A stretch of DNA of 64,000 nucleotides. It comes from Octopus vulgaris (taxonomy: Eukaryota). Both the position numbers and the translations under genes were made by a program. The stretch spans positions 48,980,001 through 49,044,000 of the forward strand of contig OX597825.1 in assembly GCA_951406725.2 (NCBI GenBank). Reading direction: 5' to 3'. Under the pieces are notes generated by a model, which was not told the DNA's origin, did not search any database, and worked only from the letters and a program-made list of their open reading frames with translations. Positions 52,237 through 63,640 of the stretch are shown piece by piece. Within the stretch, counting starts at the first letter, position 1; every line of letters begins with the position of its first letter.

Positions 52237-53220
52237 TCCACAAAGAACTATATCTGGTTTGTCATACCTTTCGGAAAACAAATCAAGTCAAACCTTCCTT
52301 TGCAATTCCGTGAAGCCGTGGCTAGGAACTTTCCCAGGAATTCTAGGTATTACTCTACTATCAATTCACATAAGGTAAGGATTGCATTCTCTAACACTAG
52401 AAATCTATCGCAAATTATTGCCTCCCATAACAAGCTGCTAAACAAGGATTCTTCACCCGGGAGTTACGACACTATTCTTACCAATTCCAACCAAACATAC
52501 AATAATAATAATAGAAATAGTATTGATAATAGCAACATTAATAACAACGTTGGCATTAACAATGGTAATATTATTAATAATATTAGTCGGATTATTAACA
52601 GTGGTAGTGTTAGTGGTAACAACGACAGCATTTCTAATAACAGTGATAGTATTGATGATAACAACGGCAGCATTTCTATAGCCAGGGATATTGCCGGCGA
52701 TAGTACAATTAATAATAATAACAATAATATGAATAGTATAGTGGTCAGTGCTAGCAATGATATTAACACCAATCATAACAATAAAAACTCCGTCTTAGTC
52801 TCGGAGGTAAACCCTAACAGATTAAAGTTCTTGTCCAGTAATTCCAAAATTAGAAATTCCATTTACCAGTGTAAAATTTCTTCTGGTACCGGTGTCTTCT
52901 TCTATATTGGGGCGACTACTTCTAAATTATCCCAGAGGATTTCCAATCATTATTCAACTTTCCGAGATAAGAGGAAACAACAAAGTACAGGACTAAGTAA
53001 ATTAGTTTGGCGTCTTAAGGACAGCAATATAACTTTCAAGCTGGAATGGTCCATATTGTCTGTATCCTTTCCTTTTGATAAGGGCAGAAAATCTTGTGGC
53101 GTCTGTAATTCCGAGCTTTTCTATATACTTTTCGCCAAATTCCCTTTGGTAAACACAATGGTAGAAAAATCCTATAGGTGCGTGCACTGGCAGAAACACA
53201 CCTTCCACTCATATGAATGA
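52237..53220 (+). CDS. PLE ORF 3' part: RT thumb end, Asn-rich linker, GIY-YIG endonuclease (Naiad/Chlamys-like by motif); lacks RT core
   Basis: YIWFVIPF...NFP...KVRIAFSNTRNLSQIIASHNK; NSIYQC...FYIGATT...RISNHYSTF...STGLSKLVWRLK...WSIL...CGVCNSE...CVH; uninterrupted from 52237 to the stop. Confidence 0.88.
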   Translation, partial: STKNYIWFVIPFGKQIKSNLPLQFREAVARNFPRNSRYYSTINSHKVRIAFSNTRNLSQIIASHNKLLNKDSSPGSYDTILTNSNQTYNNNNRNSIDNSNINNNVGINNGNIINNISRIINSGSVSGNNDSISNNSDSIDDNNGSISIARDIAGDSTINNNNNNMNSIVVSASNDINTNHNNKNSVLVSEVNPNRLKFLSSNSKIRNSIYQCKISSGTGVFFYIGATTSKLSQRISNHYSTFRDKRKQQSTGLSKLVWRLKDSNITFKLEWSILSVSFPFDKGRKSCGVCNSELFYILFAKFPLVNTMVEKSYRCVHWQKHTFHSYE

Positions 53221-53760
53221 TGATTAATATAGATAACCTCCTTGAATTTAATAATTTGGTTCCACTTCTACAACACCACCATAGACAAATTTTTTTATAC
53301 TCCGTTACATGTAGGCTACTACCAAATTCGTTGGGGTATGTTTTACCATTGTCTCTCTACCTCTCTCTCTCTCTCCCTCTCTCTATCATAAGCACAATCA
53401 AACACACAGACACAAACCTGTCACTTCACCACTAAATGTATTTGGCATTTATCTCCCCACATACACAATCACGCTCACACACACACACACTTAGACACGA
53501 ATACAGTTATATACATACACACATATATGCACATCCCCATACATACGACTTGCACTCTGTCACCTTCCTATTCTTAGAACTTTCCCCTTCCAACCATTTT
53601 TGAACTCTTGAACTTTTTAGAATCTTCTCCATCCAACCAATTTTGACGTCACTGCTTATAACGGAATATTTTAAAGAAACACTCATTATCACTATGGACT
53701 CCGTGTGGGCAGTCATCTAAACGTTTTTGTTCGTCATGGTGCTGACATAAGTTCCTTGTC

Positions 53761-53841
53761 TTTCCTGATGTGAAGGCGGCATAATGCACCCTTTATTCCT
53801 TCGGAATTAAGAATATGCAGTCTTCGAAACATATGTCGAGA
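53761..53841 (+). ncRNA. Type I hammerhead ribozyme, right-arm copy
   Basis: Stem I TTTC/GAGA; CTGATGT; long stem II GAAGGCGGCATA/TATGCAGTCTTC; GAAAC-ATAT-GTC. Confidence 0.8.
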
Positions 53842-54036
53842 ATAAAGGAATTTTGTTAAATCGTCGTTCGACTCCATTCTTTCATTTATTTATAGTAAAA
53901 AAAACACACACATTTCCACACGTAAGCACGTGATTTCTGCCCTTGGCATGTAGCTTCAACCGTGTTTTCTGACGTGAATTTGCTACCCGGGTATCGGTTA
54001 ACTGAATTATCCATACTAGGATAATTCATTCAGCTA

Positions 54037-54100
<64 letters not shown>

Positions 54101-54109
54101 CCATGATTA

Positions 54110-54343
54110 TTGTGACCGATCAGGCTATTAGATGTTGCTACATATCGCTGGTCACAATGCGCTTCGCATTGTTTTAGCCTTCAAATGACACCACCCCGCT
54201 GGCTAAACGAGCACGCCAACAGAAGAAAGAGCGAAAGAAAGTTGTGGCGGAAGAGTACAACAAGGATCGCCACCACCCCCTGCCTGAGCCTCGTGGAGCT
54301 TTAGATGCTTTCGCGCAATAAACACTCACAACGCCCGGTCTGG
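54110..54343 (-). mobile_element. SINE family 2 lacking its tRNA-like 5' end, fused to a mariner
   Basis: Matches 28010-28105 and 15561-15693; joins mariner sequence at ...CCCGGTCTGG|TGCAACTTTGG. Confidence 0.85.
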
Positions 54344-55052
54344 TGCAACTTTGGCTTCGGGAAGTGCCGTAGAGCTTCGTTGGCGTCCAACCACTGTGCT
54401 GAGCGTCGCCGGTTGTCGTAAAGAATCCACTTTTCATCGCAAGTCACAATCCGGTCGAGAAACGAGTCGTTCTGGTTGCGTAAAAGAAGGGAAGACGACA
54501 CTTCAAAACAGCATTGCTTTTGGTTGTCGTTCAATTCGTGCGGCACCCATGTCTCAAGTATTTTTGTTTGTCCAATATCTTTCAAGTGGCTTGAAATTGT
54601 CGTATACGTTACGTCTAATCCAGAAGCAAGCTTTCGAACAGTTGTGCGTAGATTGGCTTCGACTAAGGCTCTTAGTTGATCGTTTTCAACATCCGATGGC
54701 CGACCACTACGCTTATCCTCTTCAAGACTCTCGTCACCGCTACGAAATTTCTTGAACCACCGTTGTGCTGTACATTCAGTAGTGGTTCCTGGACGAAACG
54801 CATCGTTGATATCGCAAGCTGTTTCAGCAGCTTTTCGGCCTAGCTTGAACTGGAATATTGTACGAATTTGCTTTTTGTCCATGCTGTATTCAACGTTCCG
54901 TAAAAGTGGCGTAATTATTCAAAAAGAAAAAGGGCCAAAAACGGGATTTAAACTGATATATAAAGTCAAAGTAATTTAGCGAAAATTAATTTGAAAATAC
55001 TTAATTTAAAACCAAAATTTTAAATTCTGCAAGAACTTTCTTGACAACCTAA
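54340..55052 (-). mobile_element. Mariner element, 5' half
   Basis: End GCAAGAACTTTCTTGACAACCTAA|TA; [13 protein letters not shown]...[11 protein letters not shown]...WVPHEL...[13 protein letters not shown]...PKPKLHQ, then truncated. Confidence 0.92.
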
Positions 55053-55075
55053 TACACTACACTATATCCCTCCAT

Positions 55076-55106
<31 letters not shown>

Positions 55107-56525
55107 CATACATCTGTGCGTGCATGCGTGTGTAAATGTGTGTGCATTTCGATAAAATGATCCGTTAATTTATTAGATTGATAAAAATATGTATTCTTAT
55201 TTATCCCGAAATATTTAATATGTTTAAATTTTCAATGATTAATTTTGGCAAATTAGAATCCTTTATATACACATTGGTACGCTGATGAATTGAAAGATTC
55301 TACATGAATTTTAATTAGTTCATAAAGAAGGAATAATTTCTAAACTTAAGTTAATATCAAAATCAATATCAGAAACAATATTATAACTGGTATACAACTG
55401 AAGATGACAATGTGAAAATATTGTTCTTGAATTCATTTTCATATCTTTAATAGAAAAGTAATCAACGTAGAATTTAATTTATGTGGTTTATAGATGACTG
55501 CCAAACTATACAATAGAGAAACATGAACTTTAATTCTCCCTTTTGTTTTACTTGATATGTATGTGCACGCATATGTCAGTATGTATGTTGTTTTTGGGTA
55601 TGGATCTGTATGCGAGCATGTATATGTGCATGTGTATGTGTGTGTGTATGTGAGTGTATGTGCGTGTGTACGTGTGTATGTCTGTGTGTGTGATACCACG
55701 AATTAAATTTTGAAGTAAGTGACATATGAAAAATTTCACATATCATAATAGTGAAAGGAAATAATTGTTTTGTCGAAAGGAAGTATTTTCTTTATAATTT
55801 AATTTAACATTTTTGAAATTACATTCGTGTATAATATTTCATACGCTACATATAGACCACAAGTCGTAATCTGATCTTTGAAAAGTCGTATAATTTCTGT
55901 GAAATGGCGTCGAATACTATTTTATCAAATTTCTGATAGAAAAAGGGTCTGTCATGCAATTAGAAAAATACATTGGAATACTTACAAATAATGTTAGAGT
56001 CAGGCTGCAGTTTTATAAAGCAAACGGCATTTTGTACTTGTACCTTTTAAAGTTGTTCTCATAATCAAATATGTTGTCACTGGAACTTCACTGACACTTT
56101 CAACAAAACTTATATGTTAGCCGAAACGAACTTCATGTGTTGTCTATGCACACATATACGATATGTGTGCGTATGTGTGTGTGCATGTGTGTGTATGTGT
56201 GTGTGTCTGTGTGCGTGTGCGTATGAGTGTGTGTGTGTGTGTGTAGCAGAGTTTAAAGCCCCAGCTTTCGACTTTCCCAGAGGAAGGACACTGCATTGTC
56301 CAAAATTGTGATTTTCCACTCCTTCTGCAAGTTCTTTGTACTCTATCGATTTTCCTACATAATATAAATCATTCCACAGGTCAACAGCAACCACTTCAAG
56401 TACCTGTTTGGCCATATAAATGTGTGCATCTATATTCGTATATGTGTGTATACATGTATATACATATATACATATATATGTGTGTGCGTATATATGTGTG
56501 TATATATATTTAGACATATGTATAA

Positions 56526-56575
<50 letters not shown>

Positions 56576-56791
56576 TATGACAGGTAATGGTGTAAGTATG
56601 ACCCAAAGGTGCCAGGTAATGCTGAGTAAGTGCTATGGATAGACCATAGTTAAGCTCCAGGTTCGGTGATTTTCCGAATAAGGAGTCCAACGTAGGTCAT
56701 ATATCAGCGTGTGTATATATAGAAAAATTTTTTTCAGAATGAGATAACAAAACCAAGGCCGAGAAGATTTTAGAACATTTATAAATAGAAG

Positions 56792-56841
56792 GTCTGACAT
56801 CTGTTTCCAGGATATTTATAGTATATCCCATCATCGGAGAC
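56792..56841 (-). ncRNA. Type I hammerhead ribozyme motif with one core substitution
   Basis: GTCT-CCGATGA-TGGGATAT-ACTATAA-ATATCCTG-GAAAC-AGAT-GTC-AGAC; stems I and II pair fully, U4 is C. Confidence 0.75.
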
Positions 56842-57263
56842 GGTGTTAGAGAAAGGTTAAGCAATACTTAATTCAGATAAGATAGGAAATAGAGAGTGAA
56901 GCAATGAAAATAAATGTGAGATATGCAGGGACATCGCATTTGTAGACTCATTATTTAGGCAGAATGGTATACACATAAGATTCCAATACCTTGTGAGTAA
57001 AATCCAATGGTATCTAAAAATTGGTCATTCCAAGTATAGAGTTTGTACACGGTGCTATTGAATCAAAGATTTTATTTAAAGAGACTTAAAGTAGGGAATG
57101 TATTTGTAAGGTCAAATCGAAAACAGGAAGAGACGAATAAAGAAAAGAGAGAAAAAAAAGAAAAAAAATGGAAGAGAGAAATAAAGAAATGAAAGAAAAC
57201 AAGGAGAGAGATAATAAGGAGACATTTACCAGTTAGTGGTCAGACAAGATAAATTGAAAGATG

Positions 57264-57525
57264 GAATGGGGAGATGAGAGTAATGCATAGAGAAAGGTAT
57301 TAGAATGGGGAGATGAGGGTGATAGCGAGAGAAAGGTATTAGAATGGGGAAATGAGGGTGATAGCGAGAGAAAGGTATTAGAGTGGGGAAATGAGGGTGA
57401 TATAGAGAGAAAGATAAAAGGAATGGGGGTGATAGAGAGAGAGGGAGTGAGTAAAGGAGTGTCATTTATGTAGTGATAGAGAGAGAGGGAGTGAGTAAAG
57501 GAGTGTCATCTATGTAGTGATAGAG
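57264..57525. repeat. Minisatellites in the left arm: ~4 x 39 bp, then 2 x 45 bp
   Basis: Unit GAATGGGGAGATGAGGGTGATAGCGAGAGAAAGGTATTA at 57264, 57303, 57342, 57381; GTGATAGAGAGAGAGGGAGTGAGTAAAGGAGTGTCAT duplicated. Confidence 0.9.
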
Positions 57526-58049
57526 TCTAAGTGATAGGGCAGAGAGAGGGGCAGTAGTATGGAATGAAGATTTTGGAATATAGATTAGGTGGTTGGACAG
57601 GTCAGTGCTTACTAAGAGAAGAAAGTAGATATGTGAATACGTATACATATCTATATATTAGGCATGTATATATATATTTATACAGATGTTTATGTATATC
57701 AATATCTACATAGTTAACTCGTAGTCATGTGTGTATGTACACATGCACACCCATATATACTTGTATCTGTATGTATTATCGCCCCTGTATACGCAAGTAT
57801 ACATACATTGCATACATACATTCACACATACACACATACATACATGCACACACACACATACATATACACACACATATGCATGCAAGCATATACACAGGAA
57901 TATAATTAGATGGTTATGATATTCGAGTATGAGTGAGGAATTAGAAAGAGATTAAGAGTTAAAATGTAGATTTATAAGGTTACTGGGATTACCAAAGAGG
58001 TATTGTGGAAATATACTGTATGGTCGTTTAGGCATTTGGATTTGTGGTA

Positions 58050-58430
58050 GAATTTGAATGTGTGAGAAAATCGATGGTTGCATATGCTCAGTGCCTCATT
58101 ATGTTTATTTAGCAGTGCTGGAGTGCTGTGCTTTAATATGTGAAGTGCCTCCTTCAGGCAAGGTTTGCAGGTTGAACGTTGACCAAGGTAGGGAAGACCC
58201 GAGTCCAGTATGGACCATGATAGAGTATAGGGTATATTTGTATTTTTGAGATGATGTATGTGGTTGGCGAATGTTGTAGATTTACTATGTTTATCGTATC
58301 TAAAATAATGGAGGTGAGCGTCATATCATTGCTTAAAATATTTGTTTGATCCTATGTACATGGCTGTAAGAGTTGTGTAATAGATTAAGGACAGTGCATT
58401 TGTAAAGTACATTATATCTTCTGCAATTCT
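58050..58430 (-). pseudogene. PLE GIY-YIG endonuclease remnant (Naiad/Chlamys-like)
   Basis: DIMY...AMYIGSNKYFKQ*YDAH...KSTTFANHIHHLKNTNIPYTLSWSIL...TCKPCLKEALHIL...LLNKHNEALSICNHR. Confidence 0.8.
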
Positions 58431-59649
58431 TCTATTTCTGAACACAGTCCCCAAAACTCACCTAATTGTAATTGCCGTCCTGGGATCATCTGCCCGTTAC
58501 AAACCCATTGCAGAAGATATAATGTAATTTACGAATGCACTGTCCTGAATCTATTTCACAACTCTAAAGCACTGCTAAATAAACATGATGAGGCACTAAG
58601 CATATGCAACCACCACTGTTTTCACACATTCAAACTCTACCACAAATCCAAACGCCTAAACGACCATACAGTATATTTCAACAATACCCGTTAGATGATC
58701 CCAATAATTTTATAAATCTATATTTTAACTCTTAATACTTATCTAATTCCTCACTCATACTCGAATATCACAGCCATCTAATTATATTCGTGTGTATATG
58801 CGTGCATGTATATGTGCGTGTATATGTTTGTAAGTGCATGTATGTATGTATATGTGTATGTGTGAATGTATGTATGTATGCAAGATATGTACACCTGCGT
58901 AAATAGGGGCGATAATACATAGAGATACACGTATATATGGGTGTGCATATGCACATATACATATGACTACGAGTTGTATATATAGATATTTATATGTATA
59001 AACATCTGTATATATGTATATATATATGTACTAAGTACTGATCTGTCCAACCCCCTAATCTATATTCCTAAATTCTTCTTTCCATACTTCTACCCCTCTC
59101 TCTGCCCCATCACGTAGACTCTATCATTACATAACTGACACTCCTTAACTTTATATACCTCTGACTCTATCACCCCATCCCTCCGATCTTTTTACACTCT
59201 AATACCGTTCTCTTTCAATCACTCTCGTCTCCTCATTCCTACTTTCAAATTATCTTGACTGTCTACTAACTGGTAAACTTTCCCTTATTATCTCCGTCCT
59301 TGGTTTTTCTTTTTTCTTTCTTTTCTTTATTCTTTTCTTCCTTTTTTCTCTTTTTTCTTCTATTTTTACTCTTTTCTTTATTTTCGATTTGATCTTACAA
59401 ATACATTCCCTACTTTTAGGTCACTTTATACCATTCTGTCTAAATAATGGATCTACAAATGCAAAATCCCTGTATATCTCACATCTATTTTCATGCATCC
59501 ACTTCACTCTCTATTTCGTATCATATCTAAATTAACTATTGCTTCACCATCTTCTCACACCGTATCCTGGAAACAGCTGTGAGATCTTCCATTTAAAAAT
59601 GTCCTATAATCTTGTCAGCCTTGGTTTTTTATTTCACTCTCAATATATT

Positions 59650-59721
<72 letters not shown>

Positions 59722-60513
59722 GTCTGTGTGTGTGTATGTATGTATGTATCTATATATGCATGTATACACGCGCACACATAGTTGAAAAAGGAAGAGAATG
59801 ACTTCACTGGCAGTTCTAGCAAATTTAATTTTTAATAATACAATTTTACAGTTTGGTTTCTAGAATTAATAAGTTCTTTATTAACTTCGGTGGAGTGATT
59901 TTTTGAAAGATTCCTTGTTAACTTTTCTGGAGATATTTCTCGCATTCGTCGGCAGCGATTGTCAAACTGATCTTAGGTTGTGTTGTGCCGTGTGATTCTA
60001 CGTATAAAAGATTTGGGTGTGTATGAAATGGGGACAGGGCTTGTTCAGTGTGGGAATGAAAGTGTGTAGAGGAACAAGAGCTGAAAGAAAGCAGTAAATG
60101 ATAAAAACAAGATAATGGATTGAGAGTGGAGTTGGGAGGTGGTTGGGTGTTTAAAGAGTTTTGTATGAATGGCTTGTAAAAGTGCCCTCTTGCTGGTTCC
60201 ATTTGAATAGTTGACCTTTGGGGAAAACATAATCGTCAGATGTTTTACAAATTCTTTTCATATGCCTGAATCAAGTATCTTAATTTCATAAGGATAAACT
60301 TCAATAATTTTCTATGTAAAAGATGAGTTTAGGCGTGTCTGTGTGTGTGGGGGTGGTGTTAAGGAGGTTTAAGAGTCATATCTTTTGATAAAAAGGAGAT
60401 GATAGCAGAGAGAAAAAATATGGTTAATTTTGGAATGTTTGCTGATAGAAATGTATTTTTTATATTGGCTTGCTAGCTCATATATTTACTTCCCTACATA
60501 GAAACTTAGAAAA

Positions 60514-60585
<72 letters not shown>

Positions 60586-60689
60586 CACACATGCATATAT
60601 ACATGCATACATACATCTACATATACATACATATATATGCATGCGCACATACATATGAATACACATATATGCATATACACACATAGAAA

Positions 60690-63455
60690 AAGCAGCGGGA
60701 CGTGCGTGAAAAACTCTTTGAATTATGGAAGTCTAATACAACTGAAGAGGAATTAAAATCTAAGAAAATCCTGGAGTCAAGAACACAATGGCTACAAGAA
60801 TATAAAAAGAACATGGGAAAGGCCAACTAAAACCCAGAAAACAAACACATAAGAAGCTGTCAAATTTGGGACAATTCCAAAACGTAAGAAATGAAGAATG
60901 ATCAAGCAATAAACAAACTTCAACCAGAGATCGGAAAATCCCAAGCTTACAATTATACATAGTCCAAACACCAAACACCAGAGCCAGATATAACTACCGT
61001 TAAAACCCCAAGAACAATTACAATAGACAAAATCGAAGATATATGAAGAACGAACGGAACAACAGAAGAACCAAATCCCCATATATCAACCATCAAACAA
61101 AACTGTACTGTTCAGAAAATTATCAACACGAAATGCCAGCGAACAGAATATTTCAGTACAATAGAAACACCCCTATCCAAAATAGGAATTATTCTTTAGG
61201 ACAAGGTACCTACCATCAAATGAAAGAAAACAGAAAAAACCGACCCTTCAAATGACACGTGGCGAGGAAAACCCACAGACACCAAAAGTAATCAACTTAT
61301 CGGCGAAGAAATTAGCGTAACAGTAACTCAAATTGTTATAAAATAGACTGAAGTTCACACCTACCCCGAAAGCAGATCAAGCCGATCTCATAAGAGAAAC
61401 AGAAGGTTTTTATCGAAAATTACGTCCAGGAGTATTCTTTGGAGAATACGAGGTCGAATCACTGGTGAAATACACAAAAGTCCTTCAAACCCCCGCTAAA
61501 TATAGCCAGACACCTGGAAGAATACATAGCCTGCCTACGATATCGGCACAGTGAAATATTGCAGAGACGAAACACAAACCAAACATCCCTACAGACCAAC
61601 TGATAGCACTATACAATCTAGAAAAAACTCCTCAATAATAAAATTAAAACAAAAAAAAAATACTGACCAACACAGTGCAATCGTCATCATGGACAAAAGC
61701 CATTAAGACGACATGGTCCCAGAACAGTTGAATTTCGATGGTTTTACAGGAAAATCAACAAATGTGAAGAAAGAAATTCGATGATTCGACTAGGTAAACT
61801 GATGACAATGTACAAAAATAAACTCACGCTAAAGGAAATCAATTGCTTAACCAACTTCGAAGTGAAAACCAGCAATTTTTATAGATTACCGAAAGTTTAC
61901 AAATCCAAAGAAATCCAAAACAACATAGAAGGCAAAAATAAATAGTATTCCGATGTACAAAAAGCGATAGATTTATAATTACGCCTAATTGTTGCTGGTC
62001 CAACCTGAAGAACACAAAGTCTAAGCAACTTATTAGACATCATTCTGAACCTACCATGTAAAAAAGTGCCAAGCTACATCAGATATGATATGGATTCCTG
62101 AACTATATCCCCTCATAAGTACACCAAAACACAATCTTAGTCAGCTTTGACGTAACAAGCTTATATACTAACATTCCACTCGACTTAGGAATTGAAGCTG
62201 TTGAAGTCTGGATTACAGGATGCCCAGTTTCCATTTCAGAGAGATTTCCTAAAGAGTTTATTTTGGAAGCGCTCTAATTAATATTGGAGAAAAACCACAT
62301 CTTCATTGACAACGAACTGTATTTACATTTAAAAGGAATGGCCATGGCCACGGAAGTAGCCCCAGCATATGCAGCACTTGTTATGGGTTACCTAGAGGCA
62401 AAACTCTGTTACTAGCTGCAGGAAGCGTTCAGTCACGACTTCGCCGCCTACATTAATAACACTGGAAACGTTACCTAGACGATTACTTCATCTTGAAGAC
62501 CAAGAAAACCTGCAAAGGTTTTACTCCATCATAAGCAGCAATACAATTTACACTGGATTATAGTAGTAAGGAACTACCTTTTCTGGATATCCTTATTTCT
62601 AAAGGAGGGAAATTATCGAAACAGACTTATTTTACAAACCAACAGACACACACTAGTACTTAAATTTCCGATCTGCACTGCTCTCATCTACAAAAAGGAA
62701 CATTCCCTTTATCATAAAAAGATACATCTGCACAATGGTATAAAAACACACTACAGGAAAAAGATAATATGAACTAAAATGGCTCCTTAAAAGACAAGAA
62801 TATCCGGTGAACTTCATTAATACGGCCATCTCTAAGATCCAGAATATTCCAGTGCCAACACTGAGAAAAACAAACCAACAAAATAAAAAGGAAAAACAGT
62901 CATTTCTTTTGTCGTCACTCACAACCCAAGTAACTGCAACTCTGTGAAATTGAAAGCCGCCATACAATATCTCCCAATTCTCCAACAACCCTCCAGAATG
63001 AATTCACTCATAAAAGACTCATAATTCACTCAATAATATATAGCAAGTACCAAGAACCCAACATAAAAAAACTGCTCACCAAGGTGAAATTTACCTCTAA
63101 CATTGAAACAATGCAAGTTAAGAAATCGAGGACTCTCGATGTAGAACTTGTGAATGCATTGAAGAGCGTAGACAAATTGTTAAAAATATTGTAATTTTCA
63201 AAGTTAAAGCAAACATTAATTGCAGAACAAAAAAAAAAAAATTACTGTGCAAATTGCCCACAATGTAAAGAATATTACATTGCTGAAACCGGAACGGCTC
63301 TATATGACAGATTTCGTGTACATAAACAACAAATTGGAGACATCCTTGCCTGTAACACGACTTGTGGTGAAAACTTTGCATCATTGCGGAAAGAGGAAAT
63401 TCACAATCTTCCCCTTCTTTAAGTTATGGTCGGACAAGGAACATTTCATTCATTA
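60690..63455 (+). mobile_element. Near full-length, heavily decayed Penelope-like element ORF (Neptune-like by linker cysteines)
   Basis: KVINLS...LKFTPTP, FYRLPKVYK, LVSFDVTSLYTNIP, KGMAMATEVAPAYA, WKRYLDDYF, LPFLDI, FYKPTDTH, RCRTCEC, CPQCKEYYIAETG...RFRVHK; numerous stops and frameshifts. The 5' boundary is uncertain. Confidence 0.92.
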
Positions 63456-63599
63456 GAATGTGCAAGCCACAACTAAATACACACACACACACACACAAAA
63501 ATAGTATCCCACCACCCAATAACGGGATTATCCCTTTGCTTTAATAAAAGATGCATATGTCGAAACAGAAGTGGATGATACACACACTTTCAATCTTTC

Positions 63600-63640
63600 G
63601 ATCGTTGAAGAGACGAACAACCGTCGGAGATACACTACTA
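63600..63640 (+). ncRNA. Possible decayed hammerhead remnant in the PLE 3' region
   Basis: TTGAAGA-GACG-AACAAC-CGTC-GGAGA: perfect stem II with both core strands mutated; sits where a pseudo-LTR ribozyme is expected. Confidence 0.3.

Larger units (their letters stand above)
51445..53894 (+). mobile_element. 5'-truncated Penelope-like element with ~600-bp inverted pseudo-LTRs (51445-52047 and 53289-53894)
   Basis: Arms near-identical reverse complements; interior ORF with GIY-YIG; unique tail 53895-54040; (TA)n on both flanks. Confidence 0.93.
56716..59655. mobile_element. 2.9-kb fold-back Penelope-like element (left arm 56716-58427 minus-sense; right arm 58507-59655 plus-sense)
   Basis: Colinear but diverged reverse-complement arms; left arm encodes a GIY-YIG C-terminus and holds a hammerhead; right arm has internal deletions; (TA)n flanks. 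Confidence 0.88.

Noticed and set aside
57264-57413. Regularly spaced 39-bp repeats as a CRISPR-like array
   Set aside because: Contiguous tandem units without unique spacers, in eukaryotic DNA; a minisatellite.
58325-58332. In-frame TGA in the Naiad-like GIY-YIG relic as selenocysteine
   Set aside because: It falls at the conserved Arg position (FKQ*Y), best explained by CGA>TGA decay.
59918-60330. Possible PLE RT-thumb remnant on the minus strand (RHMKRICK)
   Set aside because: Too degenerate to assign from sequence alone.
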